From Synechococcus sp. (GTDB taxonomy: Bacteria > Cyanobacteriota > Cyanobacteriia > PCC-6307 > Cyanobiaceae), in contig JBJBDC010000001.1 of assembly GCA_047285535.1 (NCBI GenBank), positions 2,624,136 through 2,688,135 of the forward strand: a DNA stretch of 64,000 nt. The letters are read 5' to 3'. Below, piece by piece: positions 9,487 through 19,552 of the stretch. The position numbers and the translations under genes are program-made. The notes below the pieces were generated by a model that saw only the letters and a program-made list of their open reading frames with translations, had not been told where the DNA came from and searched no databases. Every line of letters starts with the position of its first letter. Position 1 is the stretch's first letter.

Positions 9487-11019
9487 ATGGGTGCCACCCC
9501 TACCGCTGACAAGCCCCTCACGGACAGATTGCTGAGAAGCTGGGTGCGCTGTCGACGCCGTGCATGGCTTGATCGCCATGCCGATCCCAAGGATCGGCTT
9601 TACACCGCGCATCGCACTCTGCAGTTGGATGATCAGCAGCGGAGTTTTATGGCGTTGCTGCCTGGCAAACCCGGTCATGGGCTTAAAGCCTGTGAGCGTG
9701 GTGATGCTGGGGTGGTGGGACTGAGGTTGCGCGGTTTTCTTCAGAATGACTCTTTACTTGAAGGTGTTGCGCTTGAAGCACATCCACCACTTCTTCAGAG
9801 GGTTAAAGGATCGAGCCATTGGGGTGGGTTTGCCTATCGGCCAGTAATAGCTCGGCAGGGTCGCAGATTGACCCGTGAACATCGCTTACCCCTTGCCTTG
9901 GCGGGACGCCTATTGGCGACGTTTCAAAGTAGTGAGGTGCCTGAAGCCCTTGCAGTAGCTCGTTCTGGACGAGGCTTGGAGCTTGAGCGTCTTCCGCTTG
10001 GAATCAGTCTGCATCGTCAGTTGGATGAATCTCTTCTGAGACTTTTGCGAGATTTAAAGAGAGTCGATCCGCCCCCTCTGGCCGCCGATCGACGCAAATG
10101 CATGCTTTGCAGCTGGCGGGGGCTATGCAATGACGTTGCTTCTGAGCAGGGGCATCTCAGTGAAGTCAGTGGGATTGGCGCCAAAAGGCGTGAGATGCTT
10201 CACGAAATTGGTGTTAATAGCCTTCATGCCTTGGCGGCAGCTAATCCCCAGGAGCTCGGAGGCAAGCTCAAGCGCTTCGGCGAGCAGCATGCAGCGATGG
10301 GTGCATCTTTGGTGTCTCAGGCCCGTGTCCAGCGTGACGGTGTAGTTGAGCGTCTTGATACTCTCCCGGCGCTGCCCGAATTAGTGAATGCTCCTGGGGT
10401 GTTGCTTTACGACATCGAATCAGATCCGGATGCACGTGATGACTTTTTGCATGGATTTGTGCGCCTTCCCCATGATCGCGACAACGGTTGGGATTTGACT
10501 CGTGCCAGCTATCACCCGCTTTTGGTGCTTCAAGAGCACGGTGAGAAGCGTTGCTGGCTCAGGCTTCAGCGCTTTCTTGCGACGTATCCAGATTGGCGAA
10601 TCCTTCATTACGGCGAAACTGAGTCACTTGCGTTGTTGCGTATGGCCAAACGCCAGAGGGCTTCAATGCTGGAACAGCAAGCTCTTAAGGAGCGGTTGAT
10701 TGATGTTCATGCCCGCTTGCGAGCCCATTGGCAGCTTCCTCTGAATAATTATGGGCTCAAGGCCGTGGCTGGTTGGAGAGGATTCAAATGGAGGCAATCT
10801 GGGGTTGATGGGGCAAGGGCTTTGTTGTGGTGGCGTCAGTGGCGAGGCGATGGAGTCGACGCGAGGGGTTCCAGCAACGCGTTGCGTTGGATATTGAACT
10901 ACAACCGAGATGATGGATTGGCTACTTGGTCGGTGGCGTATTGGTTGTTGAGTAGCGATCAACGCATGACTGATGCGCGAGAGGGTGGCTCAGAAAAGGC
11001 GAGAGGTTTAAACATCTGA
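9487..11019 (+). CDS. TM0106-family RecB-like putative nuclease with C-terminal RNase H-like exonuclease domain
   Basis: N-terminal CRRRAWL, CxxCxWxxxC, HhH-like VSGIGAKR, then YDIE, HYG, IDV, YGLKAVA and YNRDD motifs. Confidence 0.85.
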   Translation: MGATPTADKPLTDRLLRSWVRCRRRAWLDRHADPKDRLYTAHRTLQLDDQQRSFMALLPGKPGHGLKACERGDAGVVGLRLRGFLQNDSLLEGVALEAHPPLLQRVKGSSHWGGFAYRPVIARQGRRLTREHRLPLALAGRLLATFQSSEVPEALAVARSGRGLELERLPLGISLHRQLDESLLRLLRDLKRVDPPPLAADRRKCMLCSWRGLCNDVASEQGHLSEVSGIGAKRREMLHEIGVNSLHALAAANPQELGGKLKRFGEQHAAMGASLVSQARVQRDGVVERLDTLPALPELVNAPGVLLYDIESDPDARDDFLHGFVRLPHDRDNGWDLTRASYHPLLVLQEHGEKRCWLRLQRFLATYPDWRILHYGETESLALLRMAKRQRASMLEQQALKERLIDVHARLRAHWQLPLNNYGLKAVAGWRGFKWRQSGVDGARALLWWRQWRGDGVDARGSSNALRWILNYNRDDGLATWSVAYWLLSSDQRMTDAREGGSEKARGLNI

Positions 11020-11828
11020 ATCGAGGTTTGTTCATCTTCGATCTTGAGTTCTGCTTCCGATAAAGCTTTCCGGCGTATCAGCGCGAGGCCGACCCATCCC
11101 TGAGGATCTCCATTAGTGTTTTCAATTTGAAGAGCGGAGGTGATGACACCAGCCCGTTCGCCTTTGCACATCAACACGGTTCCATGCTCTGGAGGTTTGT
11201 CTGGAGAGTCGTTCAATGTGGTTCGCCAACTACGTAGCTGTTGCTTGACTGCGCCTCTGGAAGACAGCTTTGCGACCGTCTCTTGCCCTAGATAACAACC
11301 CTTGTTGAGGTTCACCCAAGGGGAGAGACCCAGTTCGAATGGATTGGTTGTTCCATCCAATTCAGCAGGTCCTAGAGGCCAACCCTGTTCCAGGCGCCAA
11401 TGATCAAGTTGGTCTTTGTTGACGACGACCCCCAATTCTGAAAATTGATTATTTGTGTTTTGGTCGTCTGTTGCCCAAAGCACGTTACCCGGGTCCAAAG
11501 GCTGGCCTTTGATCAGCAGCTCTTGTCGGCGCTGTTGTCTCGTGCCTTTAAGGCATAGGTGATCTGCAGGAAAGATCACGCGATCGAAACCTTGACTGAC
11601 GTCATCAACTGTGCCAGCCAGAACGAGTACATCAGCGCCTGTGGCGTCCAATCGGATTTCAAGAAGGGCCTGGACCCTTCCATTGGCATCAAGCCAACAG
11701 GTCGGAAATGGAGTGCAAGCTTCCGCTTGCAGGATGTCAGAACTGGTTTGACCATGAAGAAAAGTGCGACTACCACTGCCCTCGAGTCGCAGCACTGGGA
11801 AGTGTTGATCCCACAAAAGTCTGCTCAT
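10959..11828 (-). CDS. ygfZ: YgfZ-like folate-binding protein (GcvT family)
   Basis: FLHGQTS motif and the signature KGCYLGQE. Confidence 0.9.
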   Translation of the reverse strand: MSRLLWDQHFPVLRLEGSGSRTFLHGQTSSDILQAEACTPFPTCWLDANGRVQALLEIRLDATGADVLVLAGTVDDVSQGFDRVIFPADHLCLKGTRQQRRQELLIKGQPLDPGNVLWATDDQNTNNQFSELGVVVNKDQLDHWRLEQGWPLGPAELDGTTNPFELGLSPWVNLNKGCYLGQETVAKLSSRGAVKQQLRSWRTTLNDSPDKPPEHGTVLMCKGERAGVITSALQIENTNGDPQGWVGLALIRRKALSEAELKIEDEQTSIQMFKPLAFSEPPSRASVMR

Positions 11829-12394
11829 CGTTGGAGCTCACGGGAGTGGGCCGCCACGTCTTGGAGACGATAAAGGCTGTGCAATTCCAGGCCAGCGGTT
11901 TGCATCGCAGCGGCTCCTCCTTCTTCACGGTCAACGATCGTGACCACTCTGTTGACGGTGAAACCCGCATTTCGGAGTTGTTCAACAGCCTTGATGGATG
12001 AACCACCGGTGGTGACAACATCCTCAAGAACTGTCACGAGAGCCCCCTGATCTGGCAGTGGACCCTCCAACCATGCTCCTGTCCCATGCCCTTTGGCCTG
12101 CTTGCGAACGATCAGAGCGTCGAGGCAGCGTCCTGTCTGTGCGGCAGTTAGGGCAACGCCACTCACCAGCGGGTCGGCACCCAAGGTGAGCCCGCCAACG
12201 GCTATTGCATCCGATTCAACCAATGACAAGAGCGCTGGACAGAGAAGAGCGAGGCCGGAGCCGCTCAAGCTGATCGGCTTGCAATTCACGTAATGATCGC
12301 TGCTCAGCCCAGAGGCGAGGGTAAAGCTCCCATGACGGTACGCCTCCTTCGCTAGCCGCTCCAGCAGAGGGTCGTGATCAAAACGTTGAGACAT
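11825..12394 (-). CDS. pyrE: Orotate phosphoribosyltransferase
   Basis: [16 protein letters not shown] and PRPP-binding [11 protein letters not shown]. Start placed at ATG 12394. Confidence 0.96.
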   Translation of the reverse strand: MSQRFDHDPLLERLAKEAYRHGSFTLASGLSSDHYVNCKPISLSGSGLALLCPALLSLVESDAIAVGGLTLGADPLVSGVALTAAQTGRCLDALIVRKQAKGHGTGAWLEGPLPDQGALVTVLEDVVTTGGSSIKAVEQLRNAGFTVNRVVTIVDREEGGAAAMQTAGLELHSLYRLQDVAAHSRELQR

Positions 12395-12439
12395 CTGGGC
12401 TGGTGCGTAGCGAATCCTGTGCCTATTTTGCGTGAAGCG

Positions 12440-12976
12440 ATGAAAGCCTCTGTGTTCAGACTCCCCTTTGGTGCTCTGATGATCATGATTCCTCTTGGCT
12501 TGTTGCAAGCGAATCTTGGTAAGGCCAATCCTGTGATCTGTACCACAACTCTTGAAGCGCCTATGCGTTCAAGCCCAGAGAGACCTGAGGTGATTTCACC
12601 GGTTGAAGTGAGTCGTTGTCGACCGATCAACACCACCGGCATGATCCTATCCAAGCGTTTTTATACGTGGACAGCTCCCTTCTCTCGCGGTGTGGATGTC
12701 ATGCATCAGATTACTGATCTTCTTGGAATTTCAGTCGCTGGTCTGCAAGGCAACAGGGTCATGGGATTTGGGTTTCCTGATCAGACAATCGTGTGGGATG
12801 CATCCGCTTTGCAAAATACTTTTCAAGTGTTGTTGGAAGAGCAGAGCCCCGCCGTCCCTTGGCGCACTGTTGACATATCCAATGGATTCACAAGCAGCCT
12901 GGCTGAGGAGAGTCAGGTTGGAATGGCAATCGATTGGGATGCTGAAACTTCAGCACCCATCCGTGCCCTGTGGTAG
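12440..12976 (+). CDS. Conserved picocyanobacterial hypothetical exported protein
   Basis: Signal-peptide-like N-terminus, two Cys ([11 protein letters not shown]) and [13 protein letters not shown]. Fills the gap between pyrE and the tRNA. Confidence 0.65.
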   Translation: MKASVFRLPFGALMIMIPLGLLQANLGKANPVICTTTLEAPMRSSPERPEVISPVEVSRCRPINTTGMILSKRFYTWTAPFSRGVDVMHQITDLLGISVAGLQGNRVMGFGFPDQTIVWDASALQNTFQVLLEEQSPAVPWRTVDISNGFTSSLAEESQVGMAIDWDAETSAPIRALW

Positions 12977-12990
12977 ATCCGTGAAGTTAC

Positions 12991-13063
12991 GGGGGTCTAG
13001 CAATCTGGTGAATGCAGCGAACTCATAATTCGCCTAAGGCGGGTTCGATCCCCGCGACCCCCA
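12991..13063 (+). tRNA. tRNA with CAT anticodon, probably tRNA-Ile2 (lysidine) rather than Met
   Basis: Acceptor stem GGGGGTC/GACCCCC plus A, anticodon arm GCGAA-CTCATAA-TTCGC, T-loop GGTTCGATCC. Anticodon arm resembles plastid/cyanobacterial trnI-CAU. No encoded CCA. Confidence 0.9.
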
Positions 13064-13077
13064 TTCACTGATGACTG

Positions 13078-14355
13078 ATGCGCAACTTGCTGCTGATCGC
13101 GCTTTTGTTGCTTCCTGCGTTTTTTGCAGCTGCGGAGGTTTCCTTGCTGCGTTTGCGCCCGAGTCGGGTCCATGAACTAAAAGAAGAGGGCCTCCCCGGT
13201 GCGCCGTCCGTTGAGCGCCTCCAGCGGCGACTGAGAAGAGCCCTGTTGATGACCCAGTTCGGCACCATCTTGTCCTTGGTGGCCCTCGGCTGGATTGCCA
13301 AAGGATTTGGTCAGCGTTGGTGGCCGATCGAGACACCAGCAGGCCGTTGGTGGGATCTTGCCTGGTTCCTCGTCTTGGTGATTTTCTCCACGCTGCTGTC
13401 CGGGTTGCTCCCACGGGCTTTGGTCTTAAGCCGACCTGAACCTGCTGCTTTGCAACTAGCCCCGATTTTGGAAACCACCATGCAGGTGTTGCGGCCTCTG
13501 TTGTCGGTTCTGGATGTCATTGCTTCTCTCTTCCTTCGTCTCATTGGCTTGAAGCCTCGCTGGGATGCTCTCGTGCCAGCACTGACAGCTGGTGAATTGG
13601 AGACTTTAGTTGAGATTGGTGGTGTGACAGGCCTTAGGCCTGATGAAAGGAACATCCTTGAAGGGGTGTTTGCCTTACGGGATATGCAGGTGAGGGAGGT
13701 GATGGTTCCTCGCTCCGGGATGGTCACCTTGCCAGTGGAGGTCCGTTTCGCAGAGTTGATGGAGGCAGTTCATCGCACCCGTCATGCTCGGTTTCCAGTC
13801 ATTGGGCAGTCGCTGGATGATGTACGTGGCGTGTTGGATTTACGTCGGTTGGCTGAGCCGATCGCCCGTGGAGAGCTTCAAAAAGATTCCGCTTTAGAGC
13901 CTTATTTGAGCCCCGCAGAGCGGGTGCTCGAGACCCGAAATCTTGCTGAATTGTTGGCCATTATTCGCTCAGGACACCCTTTGTTGCTTGTGGTGGATGA
14001 ACATGGGGGAACCGAGGGGTTGGTGACTGCTGCTGATCTCACAGGTGAAATCGTTGGGGATGAGCCTGAGCCTGAGAGTGCAGAACCTGATCTTCAAGCG
14101 ATTGAGGGGGAAGAGGGCTCTTGGATGGTTGCTGCTGATTTAGAGATCTTCGAACTCAATCGTCAATTGAATCTTGATCTTCCTGAAGCCTCCGACCATC
14201 ACACACTGGCTGGCTTTCTGCTCGAACGGTTACAACACATCCCTACCTCTGGAGAAGCTCTGCGCCACAACGGCCTTCAATTTGAAATCATCAAGATGAA
14301 AGGCCCACGCATCGTCCAGGTGAAGCTAGTGATTCCCCAATCGGCAGATGGCTGA
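13078..14355 (+). CDS. Hemolysin family / CNNM-CBS-CorC membrane protein
   Basis: FFAAAEVSL (DUF21/CNNM), VREVMVPR, HARFPV and VVDEHGGTEGLVT (CBS pair), TLAGFLLERL (CorC domain). Confidence 0.92.
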   Translation: MRNLLLIALLLLPAFFAAAEVSLLRLRPSRVHELKEEGLPGAPSVERLQRRLRRALLMTQFGTILSLVALGWIAKGFGQRWWPIETPAGRWWDLAWFLVLVIFSTLLSGLLPRALVLSRPEPAALQLAPILETTMQVLRPLLSVLDVIASLFLRLIGLKPRWDALVPALTAGELETLVEIGGVTGLRPDERNILEGVFALRDMQVREVMVPRSGMVTLPVEVRFAELMEAVHRTRHARFPVIGQSLDDVRGVLDLRRLAEPIARGELQKDSALEPYLSPAERVLETRNLAELLAIIRSGHPLLLVVDEHGGTEGLVTAADLTGEIVGDEPEPESAEPDLQAIEGEEGSWMVAADLEIFELNRQLNLDLPEASDHHTLAGFLLERLQHIPTSGEALRHNGLQFEIIKMKGPRIVQVKLVIPQSADG

Positions 14356-14407
14356 GCGGCCATCGCGGTTGATCACCGATAATCGCCTGAGTCCTGCACT
14401 CCATCCG

Positions 14408-15412
14408 ATGACCGACCCTATGGTTCCGGTGAAGGTCGGAGTGATTGGAATCGGCAACATGGGTTGGCATCACGCCCGTGTACTCAGCCTGCTGAAGGAT
14501 GCGGATCTGGTGGGAGTCTCTGATCCGGATGCTGAGCGTGGAGCCTTGGCCAAGGCTCAGTTTGATTGCCGCTGGTTCGCCGACTACCACGACATGTTGT
14601 CCGAGGTTGAAGCTGTTTGTATTGCTGTGCCCACACTGCTCCACCATGCCGTTGGTTTGGCCTGTTTAGAAGCTGGGTTGCATGTGTTGATTGAAAAGCC
14701 AATTGCAGCCAGTCAGGAGGAGGCTGCTGCGCTCAGCGAATCAGCAAGCAGGGTCGATCGACTGTTGCAAGTTGGTCATATCGAGCGGTTCAATCCCGCT
14801 TTTCGTGAACTGACAAAGGTTGTGGCCAGTGAGGAAGTTGTCGTCCTGGAAGCCCGGCGTCATAGCCCTCATTCCGATCGTGCCAATGATGTGTCTGTGG
14901 TGCTTGATCTGATGATTCACGACTTGGATCTGGTTTTGGAACTTGCCGGAGCCACGGTGGTGCATTTGTCGGCGGCGGGTGGACGTAGCGCTAAAGGCCC
15001 AATTGATTACGTCAACGCAACACTGGGATTTGATAACGGTGTCGTGGCAAGCCTGACGGCAAGCAAAATGAGCCATCGCAAGATCAGAAATCTGAGTGCA
15101 CACTGCCGTGGAAGCTTGGTAGAAACTGATTTTCTCAATCACACATTGCATATTCATCGTCGAGCTCATGAGTGGTATTCCGCTGATCACGGAGAACTTC
15201 TCTATCGAAATGACAGCTTTATTGAAGAGGTCAGCACCACTTCAATTGAGCCCCTTTACGCTGAACTGGAACATTTTCTGCAGTGTGTTCGGGGGCGCGA
15301 AACCCCTGCTGTCGATGGTCAGCAGGCATCAAGAGCGTTACGTTTGGCAGATTTGATTGAGCAGGCAGTGGAGCGGCCAGGCGTCGGTATTGCTCTGGAT
15401 GCTCCTATCTGA
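14408..15412 (+). CDS. Gfo/Idh/MocA family oxidoreductase
   Basis: VGVIGIGNMG, HVLIEKP, VGHIERFNP, DLMIHDLD. Confidence 0.92.
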   Translation: MTDPMVPVKVGVIGIGNMGWHHARVLSLLKDADLVGVSDPDAERGALAKAQFDCRWFADYHDMLSEVEAVCIAVPTLLHHAVGLACLEAGLHVLIEKPIAASQEEAAALSESASRVDRLLQVGHIERFNPAFRELTKVVASEEVVVLEARRHSPHSDRANDVSVVLDLMIHDLDLVLELAGATVVHLSAAGGRSAKGPIDYVNATLGFDNGVVASLTASKMSHRKIRNLSAHCRGSLVETDFLNHTLHIHRRAHEWYSADHGELLYRNDSFIEEVSTTSIEPLYAELEHFLQCVRGRETPAVDGQQASRALRLADLIEQAVERPGVGIALDAPI

Positions 15413-15413
15413 C

Positions 15414-18400
15414 TTAGAGCAGCCCTTCCTGATCTGCTAGCTCCTTTAGCGCTTTGATTTGCCATTGGCGGCATTGGGCAGGAGATGCTTGATAAAACTG
15501 ATCCCAGGCCGCCGCTTTGTGTTGGCTGTACGTTCCAATCTCTTGATGGGGATGGGTGCTCTCCCACCCCACACGAACAGCGTGGCCAATCACAACATCA
15601 AGGGCGATGTCGTCCTCGAAGCGCATGTCTGGATTGGACATTGTGAAGGCCATGAGCGAGAGCAGGCTTTCTGTGCAGAGTTGACGGTATTCGGCTGCTT
15701 CTATGCGACTGAGCAAGTGTTCCACCTGAATGGCAAAATTACGCTCCCCTGGAGTCTTTTCCAGTAGCAGCGCGCTGGTCAGACGATTGCGTCGCTCCAA
15801 CTTGTCGCCGATCACCAATCCACGGCAGTGATGAAGCAACGACCAGATCCCGGCATAAAATTCTTTGGGCACTTGTTGCAGGGAGCCCAGTCGAGTGCGG
15901 TGTTGCAGCCAGTCGCACCCACTTGGACGTTCCTCAAGTGGTTCAGGCACGGTCCACTGCACATGGCCGCGAAGGTGAAGTTGCTCGCGGCGCTGTAGCG
16001 CTGCTCGGGCATGGTCCACATCATTGAGGAGGGCTTGGAGGCGAAGACTGATCGCATGCGGGGCTTCGCTACACAGCGCCTCAAAGGCTGCGTCCTGGCT
16101 CAGTTGTCTTTCTGCTGCCAATTCTGAGGTGAGTAAAAGCAGCAGTTGGCCCAGCTGCAAGGTCAGGGTGCCCTTAAGTATTTCCGGCTCTCGCCGAGCC
16201 AGGCCATCGAGAGCCACTAAGACTTCTTGCTGCAGCATTCGCTCCCTTCCATCTCTGCCGCAGGTGCGTTCAATGAGGGCCGCGATGGCCTGGCTTGAGG
16301 CCGGGACGTTAAGGCGAGAATCGCTGGTGTAGTTTCTCCCCACCACAACTTGCTTTTGGCGGCTTAGCAGATCGATGACGGCATCCTCTAGCTGGGGATT
16401 GACGAGCCCCATCGCGCCAGCGCAGCGGCGGGCCACATTCCAGTCTTCTTGGCTCAGCCCACGATGGTAAATCTCCTCCAAAAGGGTGTTCAGTTCGATT
16501 GGGGTGCCTTCAGGGGAGCAAAGAATGGCTCTCCTTCCGAGTTGGCGGTTGAGAATTTCAAGCACTTCTGCTTGTTCTCGGAGCGAGTGGCTACTCCAGA
16601 GACGATCGCGGAGTTGACCAAGGGGGATCTCGTCAAGCTCTTGTTCCTGGGCTGCTGTGAGGTCGTCGAAGTCGGTTGATTCTGGTAGCAACTGGGCAGC
16701 ATCGCCCCGTTGGAACGTGTTTTTGCTGCCTGTGACGGCCGGCAGGGTCACCCATTGAGCCTTTGAGGAGAGTGTCTCAAGATCGCTGAAGCAAACTGAC
16801 ACATCTTCGATTCGGCCTGAATGCAGGCGGGCGGTGAGTTCCAACAGCAACTCTGAATTTTTTTTCAGCAGCGTGTCATCAATGGGAATCAGTAACAGCG
16901 GTGACCCATCGCCGCGCCAGTGCCTGTGAAGCAGATGGAGTTCATTGATGACCGTTTCCATCAGCTGGCGAGGGTCATGGGACACGAAAAAGATGTCTTC
17001 CTCAAGAACAGCTGGTAAGACAGCCATTTGCTCTTCGCCCTGTCGATAGAGACAGGCCGAGTCCGATGTTTCGGCGCGGAGCATTGGTTGACCGCTTAAG
17101 TGGAGCGCATCGTCGCTTCCTACAGCGCTGAGGCGATCATTGAGGTTGCGCGATGGCACCACCTGGATCGGACAGGCCTTTGGATCGCTTACAGGTAGCC
17201 CTTGCGCCTTGAGTTCGGCTGCAAGCATGCTGCTCTTTGGCGCTAAGGCAACGAGGACCTGATCGGCGCCTATCACTTTTGACAATCTGCGATTACAAGG
17301 ATCAAGGTCACCTGGTTCGATGAGTCCTTCAATCAGCATCTCTCCAAGCCAGGCAAGGCTCTGGGTCCAGAGCAGAGGTACGTTGTCGTTAGCAAGTCGT
17401 CGCTGGCTGCCGGGTGCACGTCGCTCGAGCTCTACCGCATTGTCGGGCACGAGATAAAGCTCTGGGTAGAGCTGTTGACCATTGCGTTCCACCTGCAGCA
17501 CCTTGAGCCTTTCTTGCCAGTGGTGTGCGTCGGTCCAACGCTCTTCAAAGCAGGCGGTGAGCTGTTCGTAAGCCAGAAAGAGAGGCCATTCCGATTCCAC
17601 TCCCTCGAAATTGAAGAGTTCGGCCCGTTCGTAGTGCAGTCGACTGACGTCTTCCAGAACAGTTTGGTGCCCGTCGCGTCGGAAGCGTTTGTATCCATAC
17701 AGTCCCCCTAGCTCGCGTCGGATTCTTTGGACGGTTCTCTCCGCCAGGTCTTGTTCCTCCACCGCCCAGGCTGGGTAACCGATCACGGAGAGACAAGCAC
17801 TGTCCACTTCTTTGCTGGCGGATTCTCTTGGCAGCAGCCCTTGGAGCGCCCGACGCAAACGGACGACAGCGCCTTTGGGAATGTGCACCTGCACCGATCC
17901 ATCGCCGTAGGAGCTGAATAGATCCACGCCATCGAGGGCTTCTAGTGCGGCTTTGGCCATGCCAATGGAGCTCGCGTTGCGCTCGGGTAGGCCATGATTT
18001 CCTTTGTCGCCCCGTTCCCAGATCCCGTAGTCGGGTACGCGGTAAGCCCTTGCTACGTAGTAGACGAGGTTTTGGACGAAAGCCACTTCGTGGCGGTTAT
18101 GAATCACGGCAAGACCGCCCCGGCTGAGCTGAGCTAGTTGAAGCAAAAACAGCGACGTCGCATCTAGCTGCAGATGCCCCCAGGCGTCATCCGCAACAAC
18201 TTGATTGCCATTGGCGCTGTTGTACTTGGCGTGCAAAGCGTCGAGTGGATCGAGGCTGTACTTGAAACGCTCTACTTTTGGGGCTTGGCGCATCATGCTG
18301 TTGAGCAGGCCGCGCATCACCCCTAGAACCCTTTGTTCGAGTTCCCAACTGCGTTGGGTTCGTTTCCCATGCATGCGGTGATGGGCGATGGCCAGTCCCC

Positions 18401-18671
18401 AAACGCACTGAATCGAATACACGCAGTCGCGAACCCAGGCGTCTCCGTAGTTTCCATGAACTGTGTTTGCGGTGCTGGCTGGAAGCAACCCGCTCACTGG
18501 GTGCTGACGCTTCAAGACAACAGTTTCGATGGCGAGATCCAGGGTCTTGAGCTTGTTTAGACAGAGCTCGTGATGCTCATGAGGGTTCGGATGCGACAAA
18601 ACCGTGGCCTTCCAGGCGACCGGATCTAGATTCTCTCTTGCAGTCGATTCCTGGATGGATATCACCAGCAC
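15414..18671 (-). CDS. Glycoside hydrolase family 15-like / phosphorylase kinase alpha-beta-like protein
   Basis: QHPVSGLLPAS, DAWVRDCVY, WGHLQLDA, PDYGIWERGDK, LPRESASKEVD, YKRFRRDGHQT, ESEWPLF. Exact start is uncertain. Confidence 0.85.
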   Translation of the reverse strand: MLVISIQESTARENLDPVAWKATVLSHPNPHEHHELCLNKLKTLDLAIETVVLKRQHPVSGLLPASTANTVHGNYGDAWVRDCVYSIQCVWGLAIAHHRMHGKRTQRSWELEQRVLGVMRGLLNSMMRQAPKVERFKYSLDPLDALHAKYNSANGNQVVADDAWGHLQLDATSLFLLQLAQLSRGGLAVIHNRHEVAFVQNLVYYVARAYRVPDYGIWERGDKGNHGLPERNASSIGMAKAALEALDGVDLFSSYGDGSVQVHIPKGAVVRLRRALQGLLPRESASKEVDSACLSVIGYPAWAVEEQDLAERTVQRIRRELGGLYGYKRFRRDGHQTVLEDVSRLHYERAELFNFEGVESEWPLFLAYEQLTACFEERWTDAHHWQERLKVLQVERNGQQLYPELYLVPDNAVELERRAPGSQRRLANDNVPLLWTQSLAWLGEMLIEGLIEPGDLDPCNRRLSKVIGADQVLVALAPKSSMLAAELKAQGLPVSDPKACPIQVVPSRNLNDRLSAVGSDDALHLSGQPMLRAETSDSACLYRQGEEQMAVLPAVLEEDIFFVSHDPRQLMETVINELHLLHRHWRGDGSPLLLIPIDDTLLKKNSELLLELTARLHSGRIEDVSVCFSDLETLSSKAQWVTLPAVTGSKNTFQRGDAAQLLPESTDFDDLTAAQEQELDEIPLGQLRDRLWSSHSLREQAEVLEILNRQLGRRAILCSPEGTPIELNTLLEEIYHRGLSQEDWNVARRCAGAMGLVNPQLEDAVIDLLSRQKQVVVGRNYTSDSRLNVPASSQAIAALIERTCGRDGRERMLQQEVLVALDGLARREPEILKGTLTLQLGQLLLLLTSELAAERQLSQDAAFEALCSEAPHAISLRLQALLNDVDHARAALQRREQLHLRGHVQWTVPEPLEERPSGCDWLQHRTRLGSLQQVPKEFYAGIWSLLHHCRGLVIGDKLERRNRLTSALLLEKTPGERNFAIQVEHLLSRIEAAEYRQLCTESLLSLMAFTMSNPDMRFEDDIALDVVIGHAVRVGWESTHPHQEIGTYSQHKAAAWDQFYQASPAQCRQWQIKALKELADQEGLL

Positions 18672-19440
18672 CTGTCCGCGAGATCAACGTCGCTTCCATG
18701 TGCTTGGGGTGCCAGTGGATGCTTGCCGCGACGTCACTGCAGCCGCGATAGGAGTTCATGCCGATGGGGGAGGGCAGATCGTCACCCTTAATGCAGAGAT
18801 GACGATGGCGGCACGTTCAAACCCTCGGTTGGCTGCGGTGATTGCTGAAGCTGCTCTAGTGGTCCCCGATGGCGCAGGAGTGGTTTGGGCACTTGGTTTG
18901 CAGGGTGTTCGCTTGCGTCGTAGCCCTGGTATCGAACTGGCTTGGGACCTCTTGGGTTATGCCGAGGCCCATGGATGGTTGGTGGCTTTGGTGGGGGCAG
19001 CTCCGGATGTGATGGAACGATTGCGTCAGAAATTGGCGGTCGAGAGGCCTGGGTTACGCCTTGTGCTTGCTCAACATGGTTATCTCGTTGAGGACGCTTG
19101 GGCTGGATTAGAAGCCCAACTGAGTGAGCTCAATCCAGATTTGGTCCTTGTCGCATTAGGCGTTCCACGTCAGGAACTGTGGGCTCAGCGCCGCAGGGCA
19201 AGCCAATCTGGCCTTTGGATGGGTGTTGGCGGAAGCTTTGATGTATGGGCAGGTGCCAAACAACGTGCTCCTGCATGGACTAGTCGTTTACAGCTCGAAT
19301 GGCTGTATCGATTTTTGCAGGAACCAAGTCGATGGCGGCGTTATCTGGCGCTACCCCATTTTGTTTTGTCTGTTCTGCTCAGCGGAAACCAACTGAAGCC
19401 TGCCAAACAAAAGCAAGCAAAAGAAAAAACAGTGGAATGA
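18655..19440 (+). CDS. WecB/TagA/CpsF family glycosyltransferase
   Basis: [40 protein letters not shown]. Confidence 0.93.
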   Translation: MDITSTCPRDQRRFHVLGVPVDACRDVTAAAIGVHADGGGQIVTLNAEMTMAARSNPRLAAVIAEAALVVPDGAGVVWALGLQGVRLRRSPGIELAWDLLGYAEAHGWLVALVGAAPDVMERLRQKLAVERPGLRLVLAQHGYLVEDAWAGLEAQLSELNPDLVLVALGVPRQELWAQRRRASQSGLWMGVGGSFDVWAGAKQRAPAWTSRLQLEWLYRFLQEPSRWRRYLALPHFVLSVLLSGNQLKPAKQKQAKEKTVE

Positions 19441-19522
19441 TCGGCAGGATGTCGATCAGCGGACCGAAGGCTTGGTAGGCCTCAGGTAATTGGGCTAGCA
19501 AATCGAGCGAGTAAGCAGCCAT
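19379..19522 (-). CDS. psbK: Photosystem II reaction center protein K
   Basis: Manual translation [47 protein letters not shown] (47 aa). Not in the ORF track. Confidence 0.97.
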   Translation of the reverse strand: MAAYSLDLLAQLPEAYQAFGPLIDILPIIPLFFLLLAFVWQASVGFR

Positions 19523-19552
19523 CCCGGCGAATTCATGGTCAGAGCTTGGACG

